Shown in pieces: positions 38,492 to 47,826 of a stretch of 64,000 nucleotides of DNA. Positions within the stretch are counted from its first letter, which is position 1; each line of letters begins with the position of its first letter. The notes beneath the pieces were generated by a model. The model worked only from the letters and a program-made list of their open reading frames with translations. It searched no databases and had not been told where the DNA came from. The DNA is from Bacteriovoracia bacterium (GTDB lineage: Bacteria; Bdellovibrionota; UBA1018; CAIPTA01), in assembly GCA_050246755.1 (NCBI GenBank), contig JBFWVL010000001.1:1344001-1408000 (forward strand). The letters run 5' to 3'. The position numbers and the translations under genes are program-made.

Positions 38492-39907
38492 ATGGCGAAA
38501 GCACATTATGTTTGCCAAGAGTGTGGACATCACTCAGCTCAGTGGCTGGGGAAATGCCCCGCTTGCGGAAACTGGAATACCTTGGTGGAAGAGGCCGACG
38601 ATTCATCCGGCGGCGAAGAAAAGCGCCGCGGCGGAGTATCGGAAGACAGGCTGAAAAAAATCTCGGAGAGTAAGCGCACTCGTCCCGGATTAAAATCCAC
38701 GAAGCCCCAGAAGATAAAAGACTTGGATTCGCAGGTAGAAACCAGATGGAATACCGGCATCGGCGAGCTCGATCGCGTGCTCGGAGGCGGAATGGTGGAA
38801 GGTTCCTTCCTGCTCCTCGGCGGTGACCCCGGGATCGGAAAATCTACCTTGCTACTGCAAGCACTCGAGAAAATGGCGCAGACAAAAAAAGTTCTTTACG
38901 TGACCGGGGAAGAATCGGTGGAGCAAGTAAAGCTTCGCGCCGAACGGCTGCTCGTAAAAGGAGAAGACCTCTACCTCGCCTCCGAAACCAACTTCGAGAA
39001 AATTCTCGGCATGGTAGAGGAGACCGGCCCGGACATTCTGGCGATCGATTCCATCCAAACCATGTTCACCTCAGAGATCACTTCCGCTCCGGGCAGCGTG
39101 GCGCAGGTAAGAGAGGTGGGTGCTCGCCTCATGCACGTAGCGAAAAAAGCCGGCGTGGTGGTGATCATGATCGGGCACGTGACCAAAGACGGAACCATTG
39201 CGGGGCCGCGAGTGCTCGAGCATATGGTGGACACGGTTCTCCAGTTCGAAAGTGTGGGCGGGCAATCGTTTCGGATTTTGCGCGCGATCAAAAACCGTTT
39301 CGGCTCCACGAACGAAATCGGCGTGTTCGATATGGGCGAAGAGGGCATGAAGGAAGTGGGCAATCCCTCGGAGCTTTTTCTCGCCGAAAGGCCAAAGGGC
39401 GCACCGGGTTCCGTGGTGGTGAGCAGCATGGAGGGGTCGCGACCCTTGTTGGTGGAGCTTCAGGCGCTAGTGAGCCGATCGGTGCTGGGAAATCCGAGAC
39501 GGACGGTACTCGGCGTGGACCTCGCGCGCGCCTCCATTTTGCTAGCAGTTCTCGAAAAGAGAATTGGTCTGGAGCTCTACGATAAAGACGTCTACCTAAA
39601 CGTGGTGGGAGGATTCGAGCTTTCGGAGCCTAGTGCAGACTTGGGCATGGTGGCGGCCATTGCGAGCAGTTTTCACAATATTGCGATTCCCGCCGACACG
39701 ATGTTCATCGGCGAGATCGGCCTCACCGGCGAAGTGCGGTCGGTCACGCGTGTGGAAGACCGCCTGCGTGAGGCGGCGGTGATGGGATTCAAGCGCTGTT
39801 ATTTACCGGAACGCAACGCAAAGATGCTTAAAGATAAAGCACGCGGGATCGAATTGATCCCGGTGAAGCAAGTGAGAGATCTTACGGATCAGCTATTTAA
39901 GGCTTAG
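38492..39907 (+). CDS. radA: DNA repair protein RadA/Sms
   Basis: CQECG..WLGKCPACGNW, GDPGIGKST, KNRFG, Lon-like C-terminus. Confidence 0.98.
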   Translation: MAKAHYVCQECGHHSAQWLGKCPACGNWNTLVEEADDSSGGEEKRRGGVSEDRLKKISESKRTRPGLKSTKPQKIKDLDSQVETRWNTGIGELDRVLGGGMVEGSFLLLGGDPGIGKSTLLLQALEKMAQTKKVLYVTGEESVEQVKLRAERLLVKGEDLYLASETNFEKILGMVEETGPDILAIDSIQTMFTSEITSAPGSVAQVREVGARLMHVAKKAGVVVIMIGHVTKDGTIAGPRVLEHMVDTVLQFESVGGQSFRILRAIKNRFGSTNEIGVFDMGEEGMKEVGNPSELFLAERPKGAPGSVVVSSMEGSRPLLVELQALVSRSVLGNPRRTVLGVDLARASILLAVLEKRIGLELYDKDVYLNVVGGFELSEPSADLGMVAAIASSFHNIAIPADTMFIGEIGLTGEVRSVTRVEDRLREAAVMGFKRCYLPERNAKMLKDKARGIELIPVKQVRDLTDQLFKA

Positions 39908-40294
39908 TTAATCGCAAAACAGAGGATGGTAGTAGTCGCCGGCCTGGCGGCAATCTCCGCCGGCAAAGTAGAAATTAGCGCCGGTCGGGGCCGCGTATTC
40001 CCCGCTGATAAAGTCCAGGCGCATCGTACAAGTAAGCGAAATATTCTTATTGTGCAGAGAAATTTCGTCCGCCTCTTCATCGGCCCAGTAATAGACTTTC
40101 TGGGTATCGAATAGTTCACGGTCCTTCACGACTTGCACTACGTTGGGATCGTTCGTGTCGGGCGTTTTCGGGTAATAGAAAAATTTAAATTGCGAGACGT
40201 CTACCACCATCGTGGGGTTTGCATTGTTATAGGTGGGGCAAAATTCGGCTTGGGCGGAGCCGCCAAGCAGCAGCAGCAGAAAAAAATATTTCAT
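39908..40294 (-). CDS. Secreted 4-Cys hypothetical protein, paralog C (128 aa)
   Basis: MKYFFLLLLLGGSAQA signal peptide, then EFCPTYNNANPTMVVDVSQFKFFYYP. Confidence 0.8.
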   Translation of the reverse strand: MKYFFLLLLLGGSAQAEFCPTYNNANPTMVVDVSQFKFFYYPKTPDTNDPNVVQVVKDRELFDTQKVYYWADEEADEISLHNKNISLTCTMRLDFISGEYAAPTGANFYFAGGDCRQAGDYYHPLFCD

Positions 40295-40307
40295 GGGTAG
40301 TGCGCCT

Positions 40308-40718
40308 CTATTTAAGTGGGACGGAATCACATTCCAGCCGCGGGCCGTATGGATCATCGCCGCGGCATGCGCCATGGCTGAAAGTAAACTTCGTACCGTC
40401 GCTAAGGGTATAGGAAACACCGTCGAAACGACCCAAGTGGTACGAGCAGTCGAGCGATAAATTTTTATTATATAGGATAAAGGCATCGGCAATAGGGTCG
40501 CGGTAAGGGTCAACGTATTGCAAGTCGAACAGCGCGCCCTTTTTCTCCACGAGCACCACATCCGAAAGAGGTTTTTTCTCGTGTTGGGGGAAAAAGAAAA
40601 ATTTAAAATCGGTAACATCCACGACCGCGGCCGGAAGAACATCGTTATAGGTAGGGCAAGGCTCGGCCTTTGCGGAAACCGAAAAAATAACCAAAAAAAA
40701 TAAAAGAAGAATATCCAA
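40308..40718 (-). CDS. Secreted 4-Cys hypothetical protein, paralog B (136 aa)
   Basis: Signal peptide ending SAKA, then EPCPTYNDVLPAAVVDVTDFKFFFFP. Confidence 0.8.
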   Translation of the reverse strand: MDILLLFFLVIFSVSAKAEPCPTYNDVLPAAVVDVTDFKFFFFPQHEKKPLSDVVLVEKKGALFDLQYVDPYRDPIADAFILYNKNLSLDCSYHLGRFDGVSYTLSDGTKFTFSHGACRGDDPYGPRLECDSVPLK

Positions 40719-40734
40719 GCCTTAACCGCCGATC

Positions 40735-41136
40735 TTATTGGTTACAAACCAAGGGAAATTTTTTATGGCCTACTTCCCGGCATTGGCCAGAATCGTAGTG
40801 AGTGTTTTTTCCATCAGAACCAGTGAAAGAAGCGCCTTCGAACTCCATCCCTTGCGAGTCGCAAGAAAAGCTCATGTGCTTTCCTCGGAGCTGAATGCTC
40901 GAGAACCAATCGCTCGTTCCCTTCACGCGATCAAAGCCCACGATCTCGTTGTTTTTCTCGATTAGTACGTAACCTTCCTGCTCTTCGCTGCTGAGAGACG
41001 CTTCCGGATAATAGAAAAATTTATACTCGGAAACGTCCACCACCATCGCCGGATTCAGGTCATTGAAGGTGGGGCAGGTTTCGGCGTGGGCGGAAGAAGA
41101 AAGTAAGGCGAAAAGAATGGCGGTGAAAGAAAACAT
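40735..41136 (-). CDS. Secreted 4-Cys hypothetical protein, paralog A (133 aa)
   Basis: GGAGG SD, signal peptide ending SAHA, then ETCPTFNDLNPAMVVDVSEYKFFYYP. Confidence 0.8.
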   Translation of the reverse strand: MFSFTAILFALLSSSAHAETCPTFNDLNPAMVVDVSEYKFFYYPEASLSSEEQEGYVLIEKNNEIVGFDRVKGTSDWFSSIQLRGKHMSFSCDSQGMEFEGASFTGSDGKNTHYDSGQCREVGHKKFPLVCNQ

Positions 41137-41200
41137 AAGAACCTCCGGAAATTTCTCAAAGGCTAGCATCAAGATCGAATCGGCTCGCCGTATAAAAAAA

Positions 41201-42694
41201 TTATTTCGCGAGCACTTTGCGGATTGCGCCGTCCCATTTTTTCGTGAGCTTTTCGCGGTCTTTCTTGGCCATATCCGGCTGGAAGGTGCGGTCGATTTTC
41301 CAGGAGCGCTTGAGTTCTTCTGCATTCTTCCACATCCCGATGGCCAATCCAGCGGCCAGGCCGGAACCGAGGGCCGTGGTATCAAGTACTTGCGGGCGAT
41401 CAATAGGAATATTGGCGAGATCGGATTGGAGCTGGATCAAGAGATTGTTCGCTGATGCGCCGCCGTCTACTTTGATGCGTGCCAATTTTTTCGGTTTGAT
41501 ATCTTGGGCGATCGCAGAAAAGAGAGAGTTATTTTGTAGGGCGATGCCCTCCAGCGTAGCGCGCGCGATCTGAGCTTTGTTGGTGCCGCGCGTGAGGCCG
41601 GTGAGCATGCCGGTAGCCTCGGCATTCCAGTAGGGTGCTCCGAGACCGGTGAGGGCGGGCACAAATACTAAATTTCCCATGTCTTCCGATTTGGCCTGGG
41701 CCGCAAGCGCTTCCACTTCGCCGGAGGATCTAATGATCCCGAGATTATCGCGCAGGAACTGCACGGCCGCGCCAGCCACGAAAGCGGAGCCTTCGAGCGC
41801 ATAGGTGATTTTTCCGCCTACTTGCCAAGCTACGGTCGTGAGCAATCCGTTTTTGGAATAAACGATTTTATTTCCGGTATTACACATCAAGAAAGCGCCG
41901 GTGCCGTAGGTGCACTTGGAATCACCCACTCCTAGGCAAAGCTGGCCGAAAAGGGCGGCTTGCTGGTCACCCAGGATTCCTGCGATCGGAATTCCGTCTG
42001 GAAGAAAGCCGAGGTTCTTGGTGGTACCGAATATGCCCGCCGAGGGCATAATTTTTGGCAGAGATTTTTCCGGCACGCCAAAAACGCCGAGCATTTTCTC
42101 ATCCCAGGCCAGTTTTTGCAGGCTCATCAGCATAGTGCGGCTGGCGTTCGAAACGTCGGTGGCATGAACCGTGTTTCCCGTAAGCCGGTGAAGCAAAAAT
42201 GTGTCTACGGTGCCAAAAATGGCTTTCCCGCGCTTCGCGTCGGCGGCCAGACCCCTCACATTTTTCAGCAGCCACTCGATTTTCGTTCCGCTGAAATAGG
42301 GATCGATCACGAGACCGGTCCGCTGCTTTACGTACTTGATCAGGCCCTTTTTTTTTCGCAGCTCCTCACAGCGCTTAGCGGTGCGCCGGCATTGCCACAC
42401 GATAGCGTGATGATACGGCTTGCCATTTTCCCTCTGCCAGGCACCCACGGTTTCTCTCTGATTCGTGATGCTAATGGCCGCGATGTCGGAGGGAGAGCGA
42501 TTCTTTAAAAGATCGGTAATTGTGTTCTGAGTACCCATCCAGATCTTTTCCAGATCGTGTTCTACCCATCCGTATTGAGGATAGTTGGGAAGAATTTCGG
42601 TGGAGGCTCGGCCCACCACGTTGAGGGAAGCATCGATCAGGAGCGCGGTGGTAGCGGTGGTTCCTTGATCGATTGCTAAAATAAGTTTTGCCAT
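41201..42694 (-). CDS. glpK: Glycerol kinase
   Basis: AIDQGTT, ITNQRET, AIVWQCRRT, GDQQAALFG, KCTYGTG. Confidence 0.96.
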   Translation of the reverse strand: MAKLILAIDQGTTATTALLIDASLNVVGRASTEILPNYPQYGWVEHDLEKIWMGTQNTITDLLKNRSPSDIAAISITNQRETVGAWQRENGKPYHHAIVWQCRRTAKRCEELRKKKGLIKYVKQRTGLVIDPYFSGTKIEWLLKNVRGLAADAKRGKAIFGTVDTFLLHRLTGNTVHATDVSNASRTMLMSLQKLAWDEKMLGVFGVPEKSLPKIMPSAGIFGTTKNLGFLPDGIPIAGILGDQQAALFGQLCLGVGDSKCTYGTGAFLMCNTGNKIVYSKNGLLTTVAWQVGGKITYALEGSAFVAGAAVQFLRDNLGIIRSSGEVEALAAQAKSEDMGNLVFVPALTGLGAPYWNAEATGMLTGLTRGTNKAQIARATLEGIALQNNSLFSAIAQDIKPKKLARIKVDGGASANNLLIQLQSDLANIPIDRPQVLDTTALGSGLAAGLAIGMWKNAEELKRSWKIDRTFQPDMAKKDREKLTKKWDGAIRKVLAK

Positions 42695-42728
42695 ATCATG
42701 CACTCCCGGGAGGACTTATACTTGAGGT

Positions 42729-43478
42729 ATGAAAACATTTTTCGGAGGAAAAGGCAGCGGGAAAGACGTACCTGCGTTCCTTTTGGAAATTATCCGAAAA
42801 TACTTCCGCCTGGAGGTGGAGGGAATCGAGAACGTGCCGAAAAAAGGCAAGTGCCTGATCGTGCCGAACCATTCCGGAGTGACGGCGATCGATGCGGTAA
42901 TGGTGGGGAATGAGATTCAGCGCCATCTCAAACGGATCCCGAGAATTTTGGCGCATCCGCTCTGGTTCGTGGGGCCTAATATCAGAGTGCTCGCCCGCCG
43001 GATGGGCCTGGAGGAGGCCGATAAAGACGCGGGAGAGAGGTTGTTGCGCTTGAACCGCTGCGTGATGATTTTTCCCGAAGGAGCGGCAGGAAACTTCAAG
43101 CCCACCGCGCAACGCTACCAATTGCAAGAGTTTCGCCGCGGGTTCGTGCGCATGGCGATGGCCACGAAGGCTCCTATTGTGCCCGTGGTGGTGATTGGCG
43201 CAGAAGAAACCCATATCAATCTCTCGAATATCAGCCTCACGAAAGTATTGAAGGGAACCATCATTCCGATTCCGTTGAACGTGCTGCCGCTTCCCGCGAA
43301 ATGGAAAATTATCTTTTTGCCACCGATCAGTATGAAAAAATATTCGAAGAAGGACGCCGCAAACAGCGAGCTCGTTCACGCGATTGCCGAATCGGTGCGA
43401 AAACTAATTCAGGACAGGATTAATGAGGAGCTCGCCAAGAGGGAGTGGATCTATTTTCCCAGCGGGAAGAAGAAATGA
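42729..43478 (+). CDS. Lysophospholipid/glycerol acyltransferase (PlsC family)
   Basis: NHSGVTAID (HX4-5D), IFPEG, PIVPV. Confidence 0.88.
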   Translation: MKTFFGGKGSGKDVPAFLLEIIRKYFRLEVEGIENVPKKGKCLIVPNHSGVTAIDAVMVGNEIQRHLKRIPRILAHPLWFVGPNIRVLARRMGLEEADKDAGERLLRLNRCVMIFPEGAAGNFKPTAQRYQLQEFRRGFVRMAMATKAPIVPVVVIGAEETHINLSNISLTKVLKGTIIPIPLNVLPLPAKWKIIFLPPISMKKYSKKDAANSELVHAIAESVRKLIQDRINEELAKREWIYFPSGKKK

Positions 43479-43486
43479 AAAAAAAT

Positions 43487-43702
43487 TTATTGGAGATCAA
43501 ACTCGGCGCCGGCATCACAGGCGGGGCAGGGGGCCGCGATTTTTCTTGCGAACATAGCCCAGAGTTTTACGGTAAGGGATTTCAGGCCTTGCTTCATCGC
43601 GCCGACAATGGAAACGATCACGATCAGCAAAAGCATGAACTCTATGATCGCTTGTCCGGACTCATCTATGAGAAAGGCGCGGAAGTTTTTCACCTTTTTC
43701 AT
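43487..43702 (-). CDS. Flp/TadE-type small prepilin-like protein
   Basis: DESG|QAIIEF cleavage motif, hydrophobic helix, C-terminal CPAC. Confidence 0.7.
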   Translation of the reverse strand: MKKVKNFRAFLIDESGQAIIEFMLLLIVIVSIVGAMKQGLKSLTVKLWAMFARKIAAPCPACDAGAEFDLQ

Positions 43703-43759
43703 TTTAACGCCCTCGGAACCCGCTTGACAACCCGCCCCCGTGTCGAAATCATTGAATAG

Positions 43760-44308
43760 GTGCCCGTGAATTTAAAACAGAACAAATTTCGTTGGATCCT
43801 TGCCGCCGTGGCCCTACTAGTAGTGGTCGCCGCGCTCGCGTTCCGGCCGTCGAAGCCGGAAAGCCCGGTATCCTATATTCAGGAAGGCGATACCCTTCCT
43901 GAAACGCTGAAGTTACGCACCTTAGATGGCCAAGACGTCACGCTCGCCGACTTTAAGGGAAAGGTGATCCTGATTAACTTCTGGGCTGGCTGGTGCGGGC
44001 CGTGCTTGCACGAGATGCCCTCGATCGCTGCGCTCTATAAAAAACTGGAAAAGCGCGGCTTAGTGGTGCTGGCGCCCTCCATGGACGAACAGCCGGAGCA
44101 AGGCGTGGCGGTGCTAAAACGCGTTCTGCCGGAAATTCCTTTTCCCGTATTCGCCGGCCTTCGTTCCGAGATTTCGGATCGATTCGAGCTTGATGCGCTT
44201 CCTCACACCATCATCGTGAATCGCGCGCTGAAAGTGGAATTTAGCCGGGCGGGCGAAGTGGACTGGGGCGGGCCGCGGGCCGTGGAACTAATTGAGGGCC
44301 TGCTGTGA
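43760..44308 (+). CDS. TlpA/ResA-family thiol-disulfide oxidoreductase
   Basis: N-terminal TM, INFWAGWCGPCLHEMP, ALP cis-Pro loop. Confidence 0.92.
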   Translation: MPVNLKQNKFRWILAAVALLVVVAALAFRPSKPESPVSYIQEGDTLPETLKLRTLDGQDVTLADFKGKVILINFWAGWCGPCLHEMPSIAALYKKLEKRGLVVLAPSMDEQPEQGVAVLKRVLPEIPFPVFAGLRSEISDRFELDALPHTIIVNRALKVEFSRAGEVDWGGPRAVELIEGLL

Positions 44309-44958
44309 TTTTGCCGCAACTGGTTTACGACCGTAAGACAAAATGGATGTATTTTTTTATCGGTGGGGCCGCCACGCTCATCCTTTACCAGTGGACGAAC
44401 CGCTTCTACTGGACGGAACCGCGCCTGCTGAAGTTTGATGCCGTGGATTCCGTGATGCCATTCTGGACGTGGTCGGTGTGGGTTTATTTTACGGAATATA
44501 TTTTCTTTATCGTGGCCTATTTCGGGCTTCGTAGCGGGGAAAACATCACGCGATACTTTTACGCCTACATGGCGATCCTACTCGTTAGTATTGCCGTATT
44601 TGTGGTTTTTCCGGTTACTTTTCCTCGCGGGGACTATCCGGTGATTGGAAATTCCATCTCCGACCAAGCGTTGATTTTTTTGCGTACCTATATGGACAGC
44701 CCCGCCAATTGCTTACCGAGCTTGCACGTGAGCAGCTGCTATATTTCCGCGCTGTGTTTTTGGCGGGAAAGCCGCAAGAAGACCTGGCTATTTCTTTTGT
44801 GGTCTACCCTGGTAGCAATTTCTACTATGACTACCAAGCAGCACTATTTCATTGATGTTTGGACCGCGATGCTGCTCACGGGGCTTTTCTTCTGGATCTT
44901 TTTTTTCCGCACTCAGTTTCGCAAGGGATCCGGTAGCGCGGCGGGCGCTAAGCCGTAG
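44305..44958 (+). CDS. PAP2-family membrane phosphatase/phosphotransferase (AUR1-like)
   Basis: FPR, NCLPSLHV, KQHYFID motifs; multiple TM segments. Confidence 0.85.
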   Translation: MILPQLVYDRKTKWMYFFIGGAATLILYQWTNRFYWTEPRLLKFDAVDSVMPFWTWSVWVYFTEYIFFIVAYFGLRSGENITRYFYAYMAILLVSIAVFVVFPVTFPRGDYPVIGNSISDQALIFLRTYMDSPANCLPSLHVSSCYISALCFWRESRKKTWLFLLWSTLVAISTMTTKQHYFIDVWTAMLLTGLFFWIFFFRTQFRKGSGSAAGAKP

Positions 44959-46151
44959 AACAGAGCCGAGGGATGATCACCGGCCGCAAATGCCGGCAAA
45001 CCCCGATACCCCGGCAATAAAGCCCCGTAGGTTTTTTCGCGGCGTAAGCTGCGGGCGGCGTTCCAGGTGACCGCGGCGATAATTTCCGCGGTAGTTAGGC
45101 CAAGCGAAATGGCGGCCACGCTGCCGATAAAAGGCAAATTCTGGGTAGGGCATGTGCCGGGATTGAAGTCGCTGGCGATGGCTACCACCACTCCAGAATC
45201 GACGAGCTTGCGTGCGGGCGCGGGCGTTTCCCGCAGATAAAAGCTCGTTCCCGGAAGTAAAACGGCGACGGTGCCCGCTTTGGCTAACGCTTTGATTCCG
45301 GCGTCGTCTACCTTCAGCAGATGATCTACGGAGTGGACTCCGAGCGCGGCGGCGGCGGCGGCGATACCCGTATGCGCCAGCTCTTCGCCGTGGAGCCGGG
45401 CAGAGAGACCCAGAGCATGTGCGGCCTTTACGAGCCGGATCGCTTCTTCGAGGGTAAAGTACCCTTGATCGCAGAATACATCTACGTACTCGGCTAGCTT
45501 ATTTTTCGCCACCTTTGGCAGAATTTTTTCTTCGATTTCGCGCAGGTATAGCTCGCGATCGCCTTTTCTTTCCGGAGGCACGGCGTGTGCCGCCAGGCAG
45601 GTAGCCACTACCTCGATGCCCTTGATTTTTTTCCTGACGGATTTAATCACTTCAAGCGAGCGGATCTCCGTGACCACATCTAGGCCGTATCCGCTTTTGG
45701 CTTCCAGCAGACGCACCCCAAATTGTTTTGCTCGCTCTAATCTTTGCGCGAGCAGCTTTCCCAACTCTCTAGGAGAAGCCGTACGCGTAGATCGTACCGT
45801 GGTGGCGATGCCCCCGCCGGCCGCGGCGATTTCCTGGTAGGTTGCGCCGCGCATGCGGAGCTCGAACTCACGGCTGCGGTCTCCCGCGAATACGGGATGG
45901 GTATGGGCATCTACTAAGCCGGGATAGGCGGTAAGGCCTTTACAATTCACCGTACGCCAAGATTTTCCGCGAAATTCTTTTGGAATATTTTTATCGGAGC
46001 CCGACCATAGAACGCCCCTAGTGGGAGAGAATACCAACGCTGCGTCGGAAATAAGCCCTAGATCAGGTTCGTTGGGCCTTACGCCGCCTTTCGCCGCCAC
46101 GCCCGCGTTGGTGACCAGACAAGCGATTTTACGGAAAACCAATCCGGGCAT
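44913..46151 (-). CDS. hutI: Imidazolonepropionase
   Basis: PGLVDAHTH, EAKSGYGL, DVFCD, SDFNPG. Confidence 0.95.
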   Translation of the reverse strand: MPGLVFRKIACLVTNAGVAAKGGVRPNEPDLGLISDAALVFSPTRGVLWSGSDKNIPKEFRGKSWRTVNCKGLTAYPGLVDAHTHPVFAGDRSREFELRMRGATYQEIAAAGGGIATTVRSTRTASPRELGKLLAQRLERAKQFGVRLLEAKSGYGLDVVTEIRSLEVIKSVRKKIKGIEVVATCLAAHAVPPERKGDRELYLREIEEKILPKVAKNKLAEYVDVFCDQGYFTLEEAIRLVKAAHALGLSARLHGEELAHTGIAAAAAALGVHSVDHLLKVDDAGIKALAKAGTVAVLLPGTSFYLRETPAPARKLVDSGVVVAIASDFNPGTCPTQNLPFIGSVAAISLGLTTAEIIAAVTWNAARSLRREKTYGALLPGYRGLPAFAAGDHPSALFYGLAPAALPDPLRN

Positions 46152-47816
46152 TTAACAATTTCCCAAAAATGGGATTTTAATATGGTTGCGCTCGGCACAG
46201 GCTACGGCATTTTCGTAGCCGGCATCTGCGTGGCGGATCACGCCCATTGCGGGATCGTTATTGAGCACTCTCGCCAGCCGTAGCGCGGCTTCGTCGGTGC
46301 CGTCGGCCACGATCACCATTCCCGCGTGCTGCGAAAATCCCATGCCTACGCCCCCGCCGTGGTGTAGGGAAACCCAAGAGGCTCCGCCCGCGGTGCTCAT
46401 GAGGGCGTTGAGCAGGGGCCAGTCGGAAACCGCGTCGGACCCGTCCTTCATCGCTTCGGTTTCACGGTTAGGCGAGGCCACGCTGCCGCAATCCAAGTGG
46501 TCGCGGCCGATCACCAGCGGTGCCGAAACTTTTTTTGTGCGCACGAGATCGTTGAAGATCGCGCCGGCCTTTTCCCGCTCGCCGTAACGAAGCCAGCAAA
46601 TACGGGCCGGTAGTCCCTGGAAACGCACGTGCTTTTTTGCGGACTCCAGCCAAAGCTGCAGGCCTTTATTTTCCGGGAAAGCGGCGAGCAAGGCGGCGTC
46701 GGTAATTTCAATATCTTTGGGATCTCCGGAGAGCGCCACCCAGCGGAATGGGCCACTGCCTTCACAAAAGAGAGGGCGGATATAGGCCGGCACGAATCCC
46801 GGAAAATCAAAAGCGTTCTCCACCCCCGCTTCCTTGGCGTAGGCGCGGATATTATTTCCGTAGTCGAACACGTGGCAGCCTTTTTTCTGAAATTCCAGCA
46901 TGAGCCGAACGTGTTTTCCCATGGACTCAATGCTAACCGCCTTATATTTTTTCGGATCGATCCGCCGTAATTCCGCCGCCTCTTCGATACTCATCTTGTG
47001 GGGGATATAGCCGTTTACGGGATCGTGGGCGCTGGTTTGATCGGTGAGTAAATCGGGAATCACCTTCTTATCGCGTAAAAATTCCAAAAGGGTGATGGCT
47101 TCGCATTCCACTCCGATCGAAAGCGGAGTTTTACTGGCCATGGCTTCTTGCGCCCACTTGAGCGCTTGCTCAAGATTATCGGTGGCCTTATCGAGGTATT
47201 TGCTATCGAGGCGCTTCTGCACTCGTTCCCCGTCGATTTCTGCTCCGAGGAAAACCCCGCCTGCCATTTTGGCGGCGAGGGGCTGGGCTCCGCCCATTCC
47301 TCCGAGCCCGGCGGAGACTACGAGTCGCCCGCGTAGATCGGAGTTGAAATGTTTCTTGCCGGCAGCGAGAAAAGTTTCAAAGGTGCCCTGCAGGATTCCC
47401 TGGGTCCCGATATAAATCCAGGAGCCGGCCGTCATTTGGCCGTACATCATGAGGCCTTTTTTATCGAGCTCGTCGAAATGTTCCCAAGTGGCCCAGCGTG
47501 GGACGAGGTTGGAATTAGCGAGCAGGACGCGCGGAGCATTCTCATGGGTGGGCAAAATTCCGACGGGCTTTCCACTCTGTATGAGCAAGGTCTCGTCGTT
47601 TTCCAGTTTTTCCAGGCATTCCACGATTTTGTCGAAAGATTCCCAATTGCGGGCGGCCTTGCCGATGCCGCCGTAGACCACGAGATCTCCGGGGCGCTCG
47701 GCCACTTCGGGATCCAGGTTGTTCATAAGCATGCGGAGCGCGGCCTCCTGCACCCAGCCTTTGCAGCGAAGTTGGAGGCCTCTCGGCGCGCGAATAGTTC
47801 TTCCGGTTTCGGCCAT
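46152..47816 (-). CDS. hutU: Urocanate hydratase
   Basis: [37 protein letters not shown]. Confidence 0.98.
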   Translation of the reverse strand: MAETGRTIRAPRGLQLRCKGWVQEAALRMLMNNLDPEVAERPGDLVVYGGIGKAARNWESFDKIVECLEKLENDETLLIQSGKPVGILPTHENAPRVLLANSNLVPRWATWEHFDELDKKGLMMYGQMTAGSWIYIGTQGILQGTFETFLAAGKKHFNSDLRGRLVVSAGLGGMGGAQPLAAKMAGGVFLGAEIDGERVQKRLDSKYLDKATDNLEQALKWAQEAMASKTPLSIGVECEAITLLEFLRDKKVIPDLLTDQTSAHDPVNGYIPHKMSIEEAAELRRIDPKKYKAVSIESMGKHVRLMLEFQKKGCHVFDYGNNIRAYAKEAGVENAFDFPGFVPAYIRPLFCEGSGPFRWVALSGDPKDIEITDAALLAAFPENKGLQLWLESAKKHVRFQGLPARICWLRYGEREKAGAIFNDLVRTKKVSAPLVIGRDHLDCGSVASPNRETEAMKDGSDAVSDWPLLNALMSTAGGASWVSLHHGGGVGMGFSQHAGMVIVADGTDEAALRLARVLNNDPAMGVIRHADAGYENAVACAERNHIKIPFLGNC

Positions 47817-47826
47817 GGTGGCCTCC

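Noticed and set aside
39908-40642. 244-aa ORF in the track
   Set aside because: Its first 116 codons overlap paralog B out of frame; the real gene starts at ATG 40294 with a signal peptide
40660-40710. Poly-T runs in the signal-peptide coding region of paralog B as a phase-variation tract
   Set aside because: Runs are 8 nt or shorter and explained by Phe/Leu/Ile codons; the frame is intact
40735-41403. 222-aa ORF in the track
   Set aside because: The N-terminal part overlaps glpK; SD and signal peptide place the start at 41136
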